From contig OZ241892.1 of the NCBI GenBank assembly GCA_965203485.1, positions 2,528,001 to 2,592,000 of the forward strand: a DNA stretch of 64,000 nt, read 5' to 3'. The first letter of the stretch is position 1, and the number at the start of each line of letters is the position of its first letter. This DNA is from Longimicrobiales bacterium. GTDB taxonomy: Bacteria; Gemmatimonadota; Gemmatimonadetes; Longimicrobiales; Gaopeijiaceae. The notes beneath the pieces are model-generated. The model was not told the DNA's origin. It did not search any database and saw only the letters and a program-made list of their open reading frames with translations. This document shows positions 53,905 through 63,903 of the stretch, piece by piece. The translations under genes were made by a program, and so were the position numbers.

Positions 53905-55242
53905 CTAGTAGAGGAGGTAGGGCCGGCGCCGGGCGAGGAAGCTGGCGGCGTCGGCTCCCCATCCGGCCGCGAGCTCCGCGTACGAGGCGCCGGCCTCCAC
54001 CGCCAAGCGAAGCTGGTCCGTGCCGGCCAAGCGGTCGAAGTGGCCGGGGCGCCACTGCCAGCGGGGCCCCGACATGGCCCGGGCCTCGGCGAGAACGGCG
54101 AGCGCGGCGAGCGTGGGGTCGTAGCCGGGACCGGTGGCGGAGAGGCGAACGCCCTGGGTGTCCACGCCCGCGAACTTGCCGTCGCCGGGGCTGGCCGGGG
54201 TGAAGCGGACGGGAGCGAACGACGCTTGGGGCAGCTCGAGCGCCGAGAGCCGCGCGGCGAGGACTTCGGCGTCGAGCCATGGCGCGCCCACTTGCTGGAA
54301 GGCGTTGGGCGTGCCTCGTCCCACGGACAGGTTGGTGCCCTCGAACAGGCAGGTTCCCGGGTAGTGGAGAGCGCTCTCGACCGACGGCATGTTGGGCGAC
54401 GGCGCGACCCAGGGGATGCCCGTCTCGCCGAAGCGCATCGAGCGCCGCCAGCCGTCGGCGACGACCACGCTCAGCGATGCGTCCACGCCGAACTCGCCCA
54501 CGGCCATGCGGGCGAACTCCCCCGCCGTGAGCCCATGCCGCATCGGCACGGGATACATGCCGACGAAGCTGGCGAAGGCGGGATCGAGCACGTTGCCTTG
54601 CACTTCTTCGCCGCCGACGGGGTTCGGCCGGTCCAGCACCACAAAGCGCACCCCTGCTTCGCCCGCGGCCTCCATCGCCAGCGCCATGGTGGAGAGATAG
54701 GTGTAGTAGCGGGCGCCCACGTCCTGGATGTCGAAGAGGAGCGCTTCGATGCCGTCCAGCATCGCCGGGGTCGGTTTGGTCGTCGCCCCGTAGAGCGAGT
54801 GGACGGGAAGCCCGGTCGCTTCGTCCACGCCCCCGGCGACCCGCTCGCCCGCCTCCGCCCGGCCCCTGATCCCGTGCTCGGGCGAGAACAGCGCGACGAG
54901 CTCGACGGCGGGATGGCCCGCCAGCAGGTCGATCGTCGAGGCGCCCGCCCGGTCGCGCCCGGTGTGGTTCGTGATCAGCCCGACCCGCCTGCCCTCCACG
55001 AGCGCGAGCGAGTCGGACAGCAGGACTTCCACGCCGGGCCGCGCGGCGCCTCCGTCCGCGTCCGGCCCAGCACATCCCAGCGCGGCCAACCCGGCGGCGG
55101 CCAACGCACCCGCGGCGGCCAGAAGCGCTTGGACGGCCCGGCCCCGGGGTGACCCGCACGGGCGGCGACCGACCGGACCGGCCGCCGCCACTAGCCCCGG
55201 CCCAGCATCTTCGGGCAAGTTATGTTGCTGGCTCGTCGCCAT
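53905..55242 (-). CDS. namZ: Exo-beta-N-acetylmuramidase NamZ (DUF1343), lipoprotein-like
   Basis: 'VGLITNHTG', 'FSPEHGIRG', 'FDIQDVGARYYTY', 'LDRPNP', 'PSPNMP', 'FEGTNLSVGRGT'. Confidence 0.88.
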   Translation of the reverse strand: MATSQQHNLPEDAGPGLVAAAGPVGRRPCGSPRGRAVQALLAAAGALAAAGLAALGCAGPDADGGAARPGVEVLLSDSLALVEGRRVGLITNHTGRDRAGASTIDLLAGHPAVELVALFSPEHGIRGRAEAGERVAGGVDEATGLPVHSLYGATTKPTPAMLDGIEALLFDIQDVGARYYTYLSTMALAMEAAGEAGVRFVVLDRPNPVGGEEVQGNVLDPAFASFVGMYPVPMRHGLTAGEFARMAVGEFGVDASLSVVVADGWRRSMRFGETGIPWVAPSPNMPSVESALHYPGTCLFEGTNLSVGRGTPNAFQQVGAPWLDAEVLAARLSALELPQASFAPVRFTPASPGDGKFAGVDTQGVRLSATGPGYDPTLAALAVLAEARAMSGPRWQWRPGHFDRLAGTDQLRLAVEAGASYAELAAGWGADAASFLARRRPYLLY

Positions 55243-55303
55243 CCTCCGCCTCCCAGGCGGCCTCCCGGCACGGTGCTCCGCGCTCCGTCTTCCCTTGGCT
55301 CAC

Positions 55304-57283
55304 TTGTCTCCGAAACCTACCGCCGCCCTAACGCCCCACCCAACTTCCGCGCGGTCCGCCCCAGGCGCCCGGCGCACACATGGGAGCTGGACGCTCCCCC
55401 TCTCAAGCGGCCCGGCCAAGCGACCCGCAAGCGCGCTCCTGGCGCTCGTCCTGGTCGCTTCGGCGGCGTGCGCATCGCCCGGACGCGATGCGCCGTCCAG
55501 CTACGCGCCGGCGGACCAGGCGGACCCGGTCGCACCACCCGGCGCCGACGCCCCCGGACGGAACGCCGCCGAGCCGGACGCGCCGCTGTGGTACGACAAT
55601 CGCGGCTGGGCCGAACGGACCCTGGCCTCGCTCGCTCTCGAAGAAAAGGCGAGCCAGATGATGATGCCGATCCTGCTCGGAGGCTTCGCGCCGCTGGGCT
55701 CGCGGGCGCACGACCGCGCCAGAGAAGTGGTGGAGCGCCACGAAGTCGGCGGCGTCATCGTCTCGGTGGGCTCCCCGACCGAGGTCGCGGCCAAGCTCAA
55801 CTGGATGCAGTCGCTGGCGAAGCTGCCCCTGCTGGTCGCGTCGGACCTGGAGGGCGGCGCGGGCTTCCGATTCGGGGGGGTCCTGCACGCGCCGACCAAC
55901 ATCGGCCTCGGCGGGGCCACCCGGTTCCCGTCTCTGATGGCTCTCGGGGCCGCGGGCGAACCCGGCCTCGCCTACGAGATGGGCCGCGTCACGGCGTTGG
56001 AGGCGCGGGCGATCGGCGTGCACGTGGCCTTCGCGCCCGTGCTGGACGTGAACAACGACCCCGAGAACCCGGTCATCAACGTCCGCTCGCTGGGCGAGGA
56101 CCCGGAACGAGTGGCCAGTCTGGGGGCGGCGTTCGTGCGCGGCGTGCAGGAGCACGGCGCCATCGCGACGGCCAAGCACTTCCCCGGCCACGGCGACACC
56201 AGCACCGACTCGCATCTCGCCCTGCCGGTCATCCGCGTGACCCGCGAAAGGATGGACTCGGTCGAACTCCCGCCGTTCCAACGCGCCATCGACGCCGGCG
56301 TGGGCGGCGTCATGACGGCCCACGTCGCGGTCCCCGAAATCACGGGCGCGCGCACGCCGGCCACGCTCGAAAGCGCGGTGCTCACGGACATGCTGCGCGG
56401 CGAGATGCGGTTCGGCGGCCTCGTCTTCACGGACGCCATGGACATGTCCGCGGTGGACGCGGGATTCGAGCGCGGCGAAGCGGCGGTGCGGGCGGTGGAG
56501 GCCGGCGCCGACGTGATCCTGATGCCGCCCGACATCGCCGCCGCCCGCGACGGCATCGTGGCCGCCGTCCGCTCCGGCCGGCTCTCCGAGGAACGCGTCG
56601 ACGAGTCCGTGCTGCGCATCCTCCGCGCCAAGGAGCGTCTCGGCCTCGACCGCACCCGCATGGTGGACATCCCGAGCGTGCACAAGGTCGTGGGCATCGG
56701 GCCGCACCGGGCCGTCGCGCGGGAGGTGGCCGGGCGGTCGGTGGCCGTGCTGAAGGACGAGCGCGGTCTCCTGCCCCTGCGGGGGACGCCGGGGGCGCGG
56801 GTGTACTCGGTCGCGTACCGCCGGCCGCAGGACGTCCGCGCCGGACGCGCCTTCAACGCGCGGCTGCGGCAGACCTACCGCCGCCTCCGCACGGCCTTCG
56901 TCGACGCGGACACGAGGGCCGACGAGTACGCCCGCGTGCTGGACCGCGCTCGAAGCATGCAGTTGACGGTCGTGTCGCTGCACGTCGCCGTCCGCACGGC
57001 GTCGGGCACCGTGGCGCTGCCGGACGAGGCGGTGGACTTCGTGGCGGCGCTTGCGCGCTCCGGGACGCCGCACGTCGTCGTCGCCTTCGGCAATCCCTAC
57101 TTGCTCGACGAGTTCCCGGCGGTGCGGGCGTACGTGGCCGCGTGGAGCAGCGTGCCGGTCTCCGAGACGGCGGCCGCGGCGGCTCTCCTGGGCGAGTTCC
57201 CGGTGACGGGGCGGACGCCGGCGCGCATTTCGGGCATGGAGATCGGCAGCGGCCTGCAGATTCCAGCGCGACGGAGACGGTGA
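55304..57283 (+). CDS. nagZ: GH3 beta-N-acetylglucosaminidase (NagZ-like lipoprotein)
   Basis: 'SDLEGG', 'FAPVLDVN', 'KHFPGHGDTSTDSH', 'FTDAMDM'; lipobox-like 'ASAAC'. Start uncertain. Confidence 0.85.
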   Translation: MSPKPTAALTPHPTSARSAPGARRTHGSWTLPLSSGPAKRPASALLALVLVASAACASPGRDAPSSYAPADQADPVAPPGADAPGRNAAEPDAPLWYDNRGWAERTLASLALEEKASQMMMPILLGGFAPLGSRAHDRAREVVERHEVGGVIVSVGSPTEVAAKLNWMQSLAKLPLLVASDLEGGAGFRFGGVLHAPTNIGLGGATRFPSLMALGAAGEPGLAYEMGRVTALEARAIGVHVAFAPVLDVNNDPENPVINVRSLGEDPERVASLGAAFVRGVQEHGAIATAKHFPGHGDTSTDSHLALPVIRVTRERMDSVELPPFQRAIDAGVGGVMTAHVAVPEITGARTPATLESAVLTDMLRGEMRFGGLVFTDAMDMSAVDAGFERGEAAVRAVEAGADVILMPPDIAAARDGIVAAVRSGRLSEERVDESVLRILRAKERLGLDRTRMVDIPSVHKVVGIGPHRAVAREVAGRSVAVLKDERGLLPLRGTPGARVYSVAYRRPQDVRAGRAFNARLRQTYRRLRTAFVDADTRADEYARVLDRARSMQLTVVSLHVAVRTASGTVALPDEAVDFVAALARSGTPHVVVAFGNPYLLDEFPAVRAYVAAWSSVPVSETAAAAALLGEFPVTGRTPARISGMEIGSGLQIPARRRR

Positions 57284-60200
57284 GCGGGCGGGAGAGTCCG
57301 TGCGGCATGCCGCGGCGCGCCTGGGTCGCGGCGGCGGGCTTGGCGGCTTCCGCGACGGCCTGGGGCTGCGGCGGCGGCCACCCGGTCGATTCGGCCAGCT
57401 CGCCGGCCGGCGTGGCGGCGCTGGACGCGGCATCGCGCCGGTGGGTCGACCAGACGCTGGCCGGGCTGGAGTTGCGCGAGGCCGCCGCCCAGCTCGTCAT
57501 CCCCTGGATTCCCGGCGGGTACGAGGCCGAGGGCGACCCGGGCTTCCAGCAGCTCCTCGACTGGGTGGACCAGGGCATCGGCGGCGTCTCGATCTCGATC
57601 GGCGTGCCGGACACCTACGCGGCCAAGCTGAACCGGCTACAGGCGCGGGCCCGCGTTCCCCTGCTGGCGACCTCCGACTTCGAGAACGGCGGCCCGGGGA
57701 TGCGCATCAACCACAGCTACGCCCTCCCGTCGCTGCTCCCCCAAGGCGGAGGATCGAGCTTTCCGCCGACGATGGCCTTCGGGGCAGCGGGCAGCGAGGA
57801 CTTGGTGTTCGACTTCGCGCGCGCGACCGCCGCCGAAGCGCGGGCGGTGGGCGTGCACTGGCTGTTCGCGCCGGTGCTGGACGTGAACAGCAATCCGGCG
57901 AATCCCGTCATCAACACCCGCTCGTTCGGCGAGGACGCCGAGCTGGTCGGCCGCCTGGGCGCCGCCTTCGTCCGGGGGGCGCGCAGCGGCGGAGCCCTGA
58001 CGACGGCCAAGCACTTCCCCGGCCACGGCGACACGCACGCGGACTCCCACGTCGAGCTGCCCGTCGTGACGGCGGACCGGGCGCGCCTGGACTCGGTCGA
58101 GCTGGCGCCGTTCCGCGCCGCGCTGGCCGCCGGAGCGGACGCGGTCATGACGGCCCACGTGGCCGTCCCCAACGTGCTCGGCGACGCCCGCCCCGCCACC
58201 ATGGCGCCGGAGTTCATGACGGGCCTGCTCCGAGACGAGATGGGCTTCGACGGCATCCTCTTCACCGACGCCTTGCGCATGGCGGCGATCACGGACGCCT
58301 ACGGCGCCGCCGAGGCCAGCGTCGCCGCGCTCCAAGCCGGCTCGGACGTGCTGCTCGCGCCCGCCGATCCGGCGGCGGCGATCGAAGCCGTCGCCCGAGC
58401 CGTGGAGACCGGCGTTCTCTCGCGCGGCCGCCTGGACCGCTCGGTCCGGCGCATCCTGGAGGCCAAGGCGCGGCTCGGGCTCCACCGGGAACGCTTCGTG
58501 GACCCCGCCGCCGTCGCCGACCGCGTGGGCGCCCCGGCGCACAGGGCTCTGGCCGAACGAGCCGCGGCCGAGTCGATGACGCTGGTGCGGGACCGGCACG
58601 GTCTGGTTCCCCTGCGGGACGGGCAGACCGTGCTGAGCGTCGCCTACGCGCGCCCGGCCGACCTGCTTGCGGGGCGGGCCTTCGACGCCGAGCTGAGGGC
58701 CGCGTCGGTCCAAGTCGCCAGCGCGCGGGTGGACCCGGACACGCCTTGGCCCGTGTACGACTCCCTGCTCCACGCCGCCCGCTCGGCGGACTTGGTGGTC
58801 GTGGGCGCGTACGTGCCGCCGCGTTCCGGCGCGGGGGCGTCCGTGCTGTCCGCCGCCTTCCGGGCGTTCCTCGGGAGCGCGGAGGACGCGGCGCGCGAGG
58901 CCGATGCCGCCCCGGCCGCGCGGGAGACGGGAGGCGGCAAGCTGGCGCTAATCTCGTTCGGGAGTCCCTACGTGTTGTCGGACGTGCCGGCCGTGGGCAC
59001 GTACATGGCGGCTTGGGGCGACCGCGAGGTCTCGCAGAGGGCCGCGGCGCGCTCGCTCGCGGGAACCGCCGCCGTGGCTGGACGCCTGCCCGTGTCGATC
59101 CCCGGGCTCCACGCGATCGGCGACGGGCTGGACAGGGCCGCGCGCCGCGTCGCGGACGCCGACGGGCGGGCGGCCCCCGATCCCCTGCAAGAAGCGGGGT
59201 TCGTGCCCGGCGCCCGGGGGCACGACCTCGCGGGCGCGTCCGAAGCGCAGGACACGACGGGAGGCCCGGGCCGATGGCGTCCCCAGGAACCGCTTCCGCC
59301 GTGCGGCGAAAGCGGCTCACCCGCCGACCCCGCGCACGGCGCCTCCGAATCCGCCGAGGCCGCCGCGACGGCCTCCCCCGTCCACGGCGACGCCGCCAAC
59401 GACCTCGCCGACCTCTTCTGCGCCCACGGCGAAATGGTCGTGTCGCCGCGCGAGAGCGATCCGTCCCTCGCGGGCATGAACGCCGACTCGCTCGCCGCGC
59501 TGGACCGGGCCATCCTGTCCGCATTGGCCGACTCCGCGGCGCCGGGCGCGGCGCTGGCCGTCGTGCGGCGCGGACGCTTGGTTCGGCTGCGCGGCTACGG
59601 CCGGCTCGACTGGCGCCCGAACGCACCGCCCGCGACCCCTGCTTCCATCTTCGACCTTGCGTCGCTCACCAAAGTGGTCGGCACCACGACGGCCGTCCTG
59701 ATCCTGGCGCAACGCGGGCTGCTCGACCTCGACGACCCCGTGGGCCGGCACCTGCCCTGGTGGGCCGGCGGCGATCCGGGCAAGGCCCGCGTCACGTTGC
59801 GCGACCTCCTCCTGCACCGCGCCGGACTGCCTCCGTTCCGCCGCTTCTTCCTGGAAATCGAAGGACGCCAAGCCTACGAGCGCGCCATCGCCGCCACGCC
59901 GCTGGACCACCCGCCCGGCGAGCGCGCGGTCTACTCGGACATCGGCCTCATGACGGCCGCCTTCGTCGCCGAGGCCGCTTCCGGCGCCGCCCTCGACGAC
60001 TTCCTCCGCTCAGAGGCGTGGCGCCCGCTGGGCATGGCCGACACCGGCTTCCGGCCGCCCCCCTCGCTCTGGCGCCGCGTGGCCACCACTGAAATCGACG
60101 AATCCTACCGCGGCATCCACGTGCACGGCGTGGTCCACGACGAGAACGCCCACGCCATCGGCGGCGTGGCCGGGCACGCGGGCCTCTTCAGCTCGGCTCG

Positions 60201-60666
60201 CGACTTGGCCGTCTTCGCGCAGATGATGCTCGACCGCGGCGTCGCCGGCCCCTGCACCGCCGACGCCGAGTCGGCCGTCCCCTGCCACAGGCCGCGCTTT
60301 CGCCCGGTCGCCGTCTTCGCCCCCGGCTGGGTGGACCGCGCCACGCGCCCGCCCTCGCCGGACGCGTCGAGCCGCGCGCTCGGCTGGGACACGCCCTCCG
60401 CCCGTTCCTCCGCAGGCGACTACTTGACCAGCCGCGCCTTCGGCCACACCGGCTACACCGGCACGTCCATCTGGATCGACCCGGCGCTCGACCTTGGCGT
60501 GGTCCTGCTCACCAACCGCGTCAACCCGACCCGCGAGAACGCCAAGCACGTCCCGTTGCGCCGCCGCGTCCACGACCTCGCCGCCACCGCCGTCACGGAC
60601 ACCCCGCCGCGCAGGCGCGAACCGGCGGCACCGACTAATCCCCCCGGCCCACCCGCCGCGCGGTGA
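57280..60666 (+). CDS. GH3 beta-N-acetylglucosaminidase fused to a beta-lactamase-fold serine hydrolase (AmiE-like)
   Basis: 'KHFPGHGDTHADSH', 'FTDALRM'; C-terminal 'FDLASLTK', 'YSD', 'VHDENA', 'GHAGLF', 'GHTGYTG'. Confidence 0.88.
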   Translation: MSGRESPCGMPRRAWVAAAGLAASATAWGCGGGHPVDSASSPAGVAALDAASRRWVDQTLAGLELREAAAQLVIPWIPGGYEAEGDPGFQQLLDWVDQGIGGVSISIGVPDTYAAKLNRLQARARVPLLATSDFENGGPGMRINHSYALPSLLPQGGGSSFPPTMAFGAAGSEDLVFDFARATAAEARAVGVHWLFAPVLDVNSNPANPVINTRSFGEDAELVGRLGAAFVRGARSGGALTTAKHFPGHGDTHADSHVELPVVTADRARLDSVELAPFRAALAAGADAVMTAHVAVPNVLGDARPATMAPEFMTGLLRDEMGFDGILFTDALRMAAITDAYGAAEASVAALQAGSDVLLAPADPAAAIEAVARAVETGVLSRGRLDRSVRRILEAKARLGLHRERFVDPAAVADRVGAPAHRALAERAAAESMTLVRDRHGLVPLRDGQTVLSVAYARPADLLAGRAFDAELRAASVQVASARVDPDTPWPVYDSLLHAARSADLVVVGAYVPPRSGAGASVLSAAFRAFLGSAEDAAREADAAPAARETGGGKLALISFGSPYVLSDVPAVGTYMAAWGDREVSQRAAARSLAGTAAVAGRLPVSIPGLHAIGDGLDRAARRVADADGRAAPDPLQEAGFVPGARGHDLAGASEAQDTTGGPGRWRPQEPLPPCGESGSPADPAHGASESAEAAATASPVHGDAANDLADLFCAHGEMVVSPRESDPSLAGMNADSLAALDRAILSALADSAAPGAALAVVRRGRLVRLRGYGRLDWRPNAPPATPASIFDLASLTKVVGTTTAVLILAQRGLLDLDDPVGRHLPWWAGGDPGKARVTLRDLLLHRAGLPPFRRFFLEIEGRQAYERAIAATPLDHPPGERAVYSDIGLMTAAFVAEAASGAALDDFLRSEAWRPLGMADTGFRPPPSLWRRVATTEIDESYRGIHVHGVVHDENAHAIGGVAGHAGLFSSARDLAVFAQMMLDRGVAGPCTADAESAVPCHRPRFRPVAVFAPGWVDRATRPPSPDASSRALGWDTPSARSSAGDYLTSRAFGHTGYTGTSIWIDPALDLGVVLLTNRVNPTRENAKHVPLRRRVHDLAATAVTDTPPRRREPAAPTNPPGPPAAR

Positions 60667-62099
60667 CCGCCTTCGGCGCGCCCGACCTGGCCGTTCTCGC
60701 GCTCTACCTGGGCGGCGTCGCGGCCTGGGGCGCGTGGCTCGGGCGCGGCAACGCCGGCGGCACCGACTACTTCCTGGGCAACCGCAACCTGCCGTGGTGG
60801 GCCGTCATGCTCTCCGTCGTGGCGACGGAAACGAGCACGCTCACCTTTCTGTCGATTCCCGGCGTCGCGTACCTGGGCACTCTCGCGTTTCTGCAACTGG
60901 CCCTCGGCTACCTGGCCGGACGCGCCGTGGTCGCCATGCTGCTCCTGCCGGCCTACTACCGGGGCCGTCTCTCGACCGCCTACGAGCTCCTCGGGGAGCG
61001 CTTCGGCGAGAACGCGCGTCGGTGCGCGTCGGGCGTCTTCATGGCCACGCGCCTGCTCGCCGACTCCGTGCGGCTGTTCGTCACCGCAATCCCGCTCGCG
61101 ATGATCACCGGCTGGCCCTACTGGCTCTCGATCGCGGTGATCGGGCTGGCCACGCTGGTCTACACGTACTTCGGCGGCATTCGGGCGGTGGTATGGGTGG
61201 ACGCGCTCCAGATGACGCTCTACGTGGCGGGCGGCCTCGTGGCGCTCTGGGTCCTGCACGGGGCGGTGGACGGCGGCTGGCCGGCAATGCTGTCCAGCGC
61301 GGGCGAGGCCGGGAAGCTGCGGACGCTCGATTTCGCGGCGTCGCTCTCCGTGCCCTACACGTTCTGGGCGGGCCTGGCGGGCGGGGCCTTCCTGTCCATG
61401 GCGTCGCACGGCGCCGACCAGCTCATCGTGCAGCGCCTGCTCGCGTGCAGGGACTTGCGGCAGAGCCGGCGCGCGCTGGTGGGAAGCGGCTTCGCGGTGA
61501 TCGCCCAGTTCGCGCTCTTCCTGATGGTCGGCATCGGGCTCTGGGCGTTCTACGACGGGCGCGCCTTCGAGCGGCCGGACGAGATCTTCGCGCTGTTCAT
61601 CGTGGAGGAGATGCCGACCGGCGTGCGCGGCCTGCTCATCGCGGGCGTGTTCGCGGCGGCGATGTCGTCGCTGTCGTCTTCGATCAACGCCCTGGCCTCC
61701 GCAAGCGCCTACGACTTCTGGGGGCCGCTGACGGGCCGGCGCGACGAGCGCTCGATGCTGTCGGCTGGGCGGGCCTTCACCTTGGCCTGGGCCGCCCTGC
61801 TCGCGTGCGGCGCGGTCGCCTTCGTGGCTCTGTCGAGGGGCAGCGCGGCCGTCGAGGTGGCGTTGAGCGTCGCGTCGATGGTGTACGGCGGGCTGCTGGC
61901 CGCGTTCGCGCTGGGCGTGCTCACGAGACGGGTCGGAGAGGCGGGCGCGATCGCCGGCTTGCTGGCCGGGGTGGCGGTGGTGGCGACGGTCTGGACCTTC
62001 GCGCGCGACGTGGTGGCGTGGCCCTGGTTCACGCCGCTGGGCTTGGCGGCCGGGCTCGCGGCCGGCCTGGCGGTCGGGCTTCTGGCGCGGCGTTCGTAG
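60663..62099 (+). CDS. Sodium:solute symporter (SSS family)
   Basis: 'DYFLGNR', 'ATETSTLTF', 'GGIRAVVWVD', 'DQLIVQRLL', 'AAMSSLSSSIN'. Confidence 0.9.
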   Translation: MTAFGAPDLAVLALYLGGVAAWGAWLGRGNAGGTDYFLGNRNLPWWAVMLSVVATETSTLTFLSIPGVAYLGTLAFLQLALGYLAGRAVVAMLLLPAYYRGRLSTAYELLGERFGENARRCASGVFMATRLLADSVRLFVTAIPLAMITGWPYWLSIAVIGLATLVYTYFGGIRAVVWVDALQMTLYVAGGLVALWVLHGAVDGGWPAMLSSAGEAGKLRTLDFAASLSVPYTFWAGLAGGAFLSMASHGADQLIVQRLLACRDLRQSRRALVGSGFAVIAQFALFLMVGIGLWAFYDGRAFERPDEIFALFIVEEMPTGVRGLLIAGVFAAAMSSLSSSINALASASAYDFWGPLTGRRDERSMLSAGRAFTLAWAALLACGAVAFVALSRGSAAVEVALSVASMVYGGLLAAFALGVLTRRVGEAGAIAGLLAGVAVVATVWTFARDVVAWPWFTPLGLAAGLAAGLAVGLLARRS

Positions 62100-62102
62100 G
62101 GC

Positions 62103-63020
62103 GTGCCGGATTCGGCGCAGCGCTGGATCGGCGTGGACGGGGGCGGCACCTGCTGCCGCGCCGTGGTGGTGGACGCCGAGCGCCGCGAGCTGGGCCGGGC
62201 CAAGGGCGGTCCCGCGCTGATCGACCCTCTTCGGCCGGAGCGGGCCGCTCGAGTCGTGGCGGATCTGGCGCGGTCGGCGGCCGCGGCGGCGGGCGTCGAA
62301 GGACCGCTGCATGGCCTTTGGGCGGGCTTGGCAGGAGCGGGGCCGAGGGAGCCGCGCAAGGCCGTCCGCGACTTGTTGGTCCGGGCCGGAGTGGCGAAGG
62401 GCGTCGCCGTAGGCGGAGACGTGGAGGCGGCGCGGGCCGACGCGTTCGGCGACGGCCCGGGCATTCTCCTGGTCGTCGGCACGGGGTCGGTGGCGCTCGC
62501 TCGCGACCCCGACGGCGGCAAGGCGATCGTGGGCGGCTGGGGCGCCGCCCTGGACGACGACGGCAGCGGCTACCGGATCGGCCTGGACGGCCTGCGCGCC
62601 GTGATGCGCAGCGCCGACGGCCGGGCGCCGGCGACCAAACTCACCAAGGCGATGCTGGACGCCACCGCCGTGGACGAGCCGACCGGCTTGGTCGAGTGGG
62701 TGGCGGGTGCTTCCAAGCGGGACGTGGCGGCCCTGTGCGTCGCCGTAGGCCGGGCCTGGGAAGCGGGAGACCCCGCGGCGGTCGAAGTCGTCGAGCGGGC
62801 CCTCGCCGCCGTCCGCTCGCTCATCGAGACCGCCCTGGCCCGTACGTCCGGCTGGACGGCTCCTCCGCCGCTGGCGATGGTGGGCGGCGTCGTGCGCAAG
62901 GGCAGCGAGCTGCGAGCCCCCGTGCTCGGCGTCGCCTCGGCGCTCGGTTGCGCAGTTCGCCACGAGCCCGTGCTCGGCGAAAGAGGAGCCGCCGCCAAGG
63001 CGATCCAAGCGTTTCCGTAG
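62103..63020 (+). CDS. BadF/BadG/BcrA/BcrD-type amino-sugar kinase (GlcNAc/MurNAc kinase-like)
   Basis: 'GVDGGGT', 'GLAGAG', 'GTGS', 'GGWG..LDDDGSGY'. Confidence 0.85.
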   Translation: MPDSAQRWIGVDGGGTCCRAVVVDAERRELGRAKGGPALIDPLRPERAARVVADLARSAAAAAGVEGPLHGLWAGLAGAGPREPRKAVRDLLVRAGVAKGVAVGGDVEAARADAFGDGPGILLVVGTGSVALARDPDGGKAIVGGWGAALDDDGSGYRIGLDGLRAVMRSADGRAPATKLTKAMLDATAVDEPTGLVEWVAGASKRDVAALCVAVGRAWEAGDPAAVEVVERALAAVRSLIETALARTSGWTAPPPLAMVGGVVRKGSELRAPVLGVASALGCAVRHEPVLGERGAAAKAIQAFP

Positions 63021-63222
63021 AAGACTCCATGGCTCAAGCCCCGCGCGGCAGGAAGACGGACAGACCCGCCAAGCCCCGACCCGGACCCCGTGCTAGCCCA
63101 CCGGATCGTCGGAGCCGCCAAGCCGCCCCTCGCGCCCGGCGACTCCGGTCGGCAAGATATGGGGTAGCTTGCTACAGAGACCTTCGACCGACCGAGGACC
63201 TTTCGCTTCGGAGACCAACACC

Positions 63223-63903
63223 ATGATGGACGACTGGCCACCGAGCCCAGAAACTCCGCTTCCCCACGCCACGGACGACGGACCGCCGCCCGGCGCTTCC
63301 GGCATGACGGCAGGCGACGAGGCTTCCCCAGCGGCCCGCTACGTCAAGATGCTGATCGCGAAGGCGGGATCGCACGGATGTCCCGACGCGGAACTGCTGG
63401 ACCGGATCGAGAGGGTCCTGGGCGAGCCGTGGACGAGGCGGGAGGGCGCCGGCGTCGTGGGGAGGCTCAAGACCAGCTATTTCGATATGCTTGTGGAGCA
63501 GGCGGGTGCCCAAGACGATCCAACCGCGGAGTTTCTGGACCGCGTCGAGCGGGCGTTGGCCGAGGCTCAACAAGCTCCTGGCAACGCCCCGCGGAACCGC
63601 AACTCGCGCCCGCGGTCCGAGCAACGTCCCGTCAACGAAAGGCGGCGGCGGCGACAGGGCACAGGTCATCCCGATGTTCCGCCGGGGCACTACCGAGGTC
63701 TTGGAGTGACCTCCGCGTACCGCAAGTTCATGGCCGAATTCGGGATGGGCTATTCACCGCCGCAAATTCGCAACGCGTTGCTTCAAGGCGGACTCGCCAA
63801 GGATCCGGCGAGCCTGCTGACCGCCGTTCACGGGATCAAGCGGCGCGACCGGATCAAAGCGGAACGGAAAAGATCTGCGACGGACGCCTCGGAACAATCC
63901 TGA
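63223..63903 (+). CDS. Hypothetical protein with an internal duplication and a possible C-terminal HTH
   Basis: SD GGAG; two approximately 30-aa repeats; basic helical C-terminus. Confidence 0.6.
   Translation: MMDDWPPSPETPLPHATDDGPPPGASGMTAGDEASPAARYVKMLIAKAGSHGCPDAELLDRIERVLGEPWTRREGAGVVGRLKTSYFDMLVEQAGAQDDPTAEFLDRVERALAEAQQAPGNAPRNRNSRPRSEQRPVNERRRRRQGTGHPDVPPGHYRGLGVTSAYRKFMAEFGMGYSPPQIRNALLQGGLAKDPASLLTAVHGIKRRDRIKAERKRSATDASEQS

Noticed and set aside
53072..55159. Apparent 695-aa ORF extending the NYN protein; similar upstream extensions on fusA, tsaD, tamB, uvrA and the GH3 fusion
   Set aside because: The extensions overlap real genes in another frame and are low-complexity; true starts are downstream.
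59430..60666. Beta-lactamase-fold domain as an antibiotic-resistance gene
   Set aside because: YSD/VHDENA/GHAGLF motifs and the fusion to GH3 indicate an AmiE-like peptidoglycan hydrolase.
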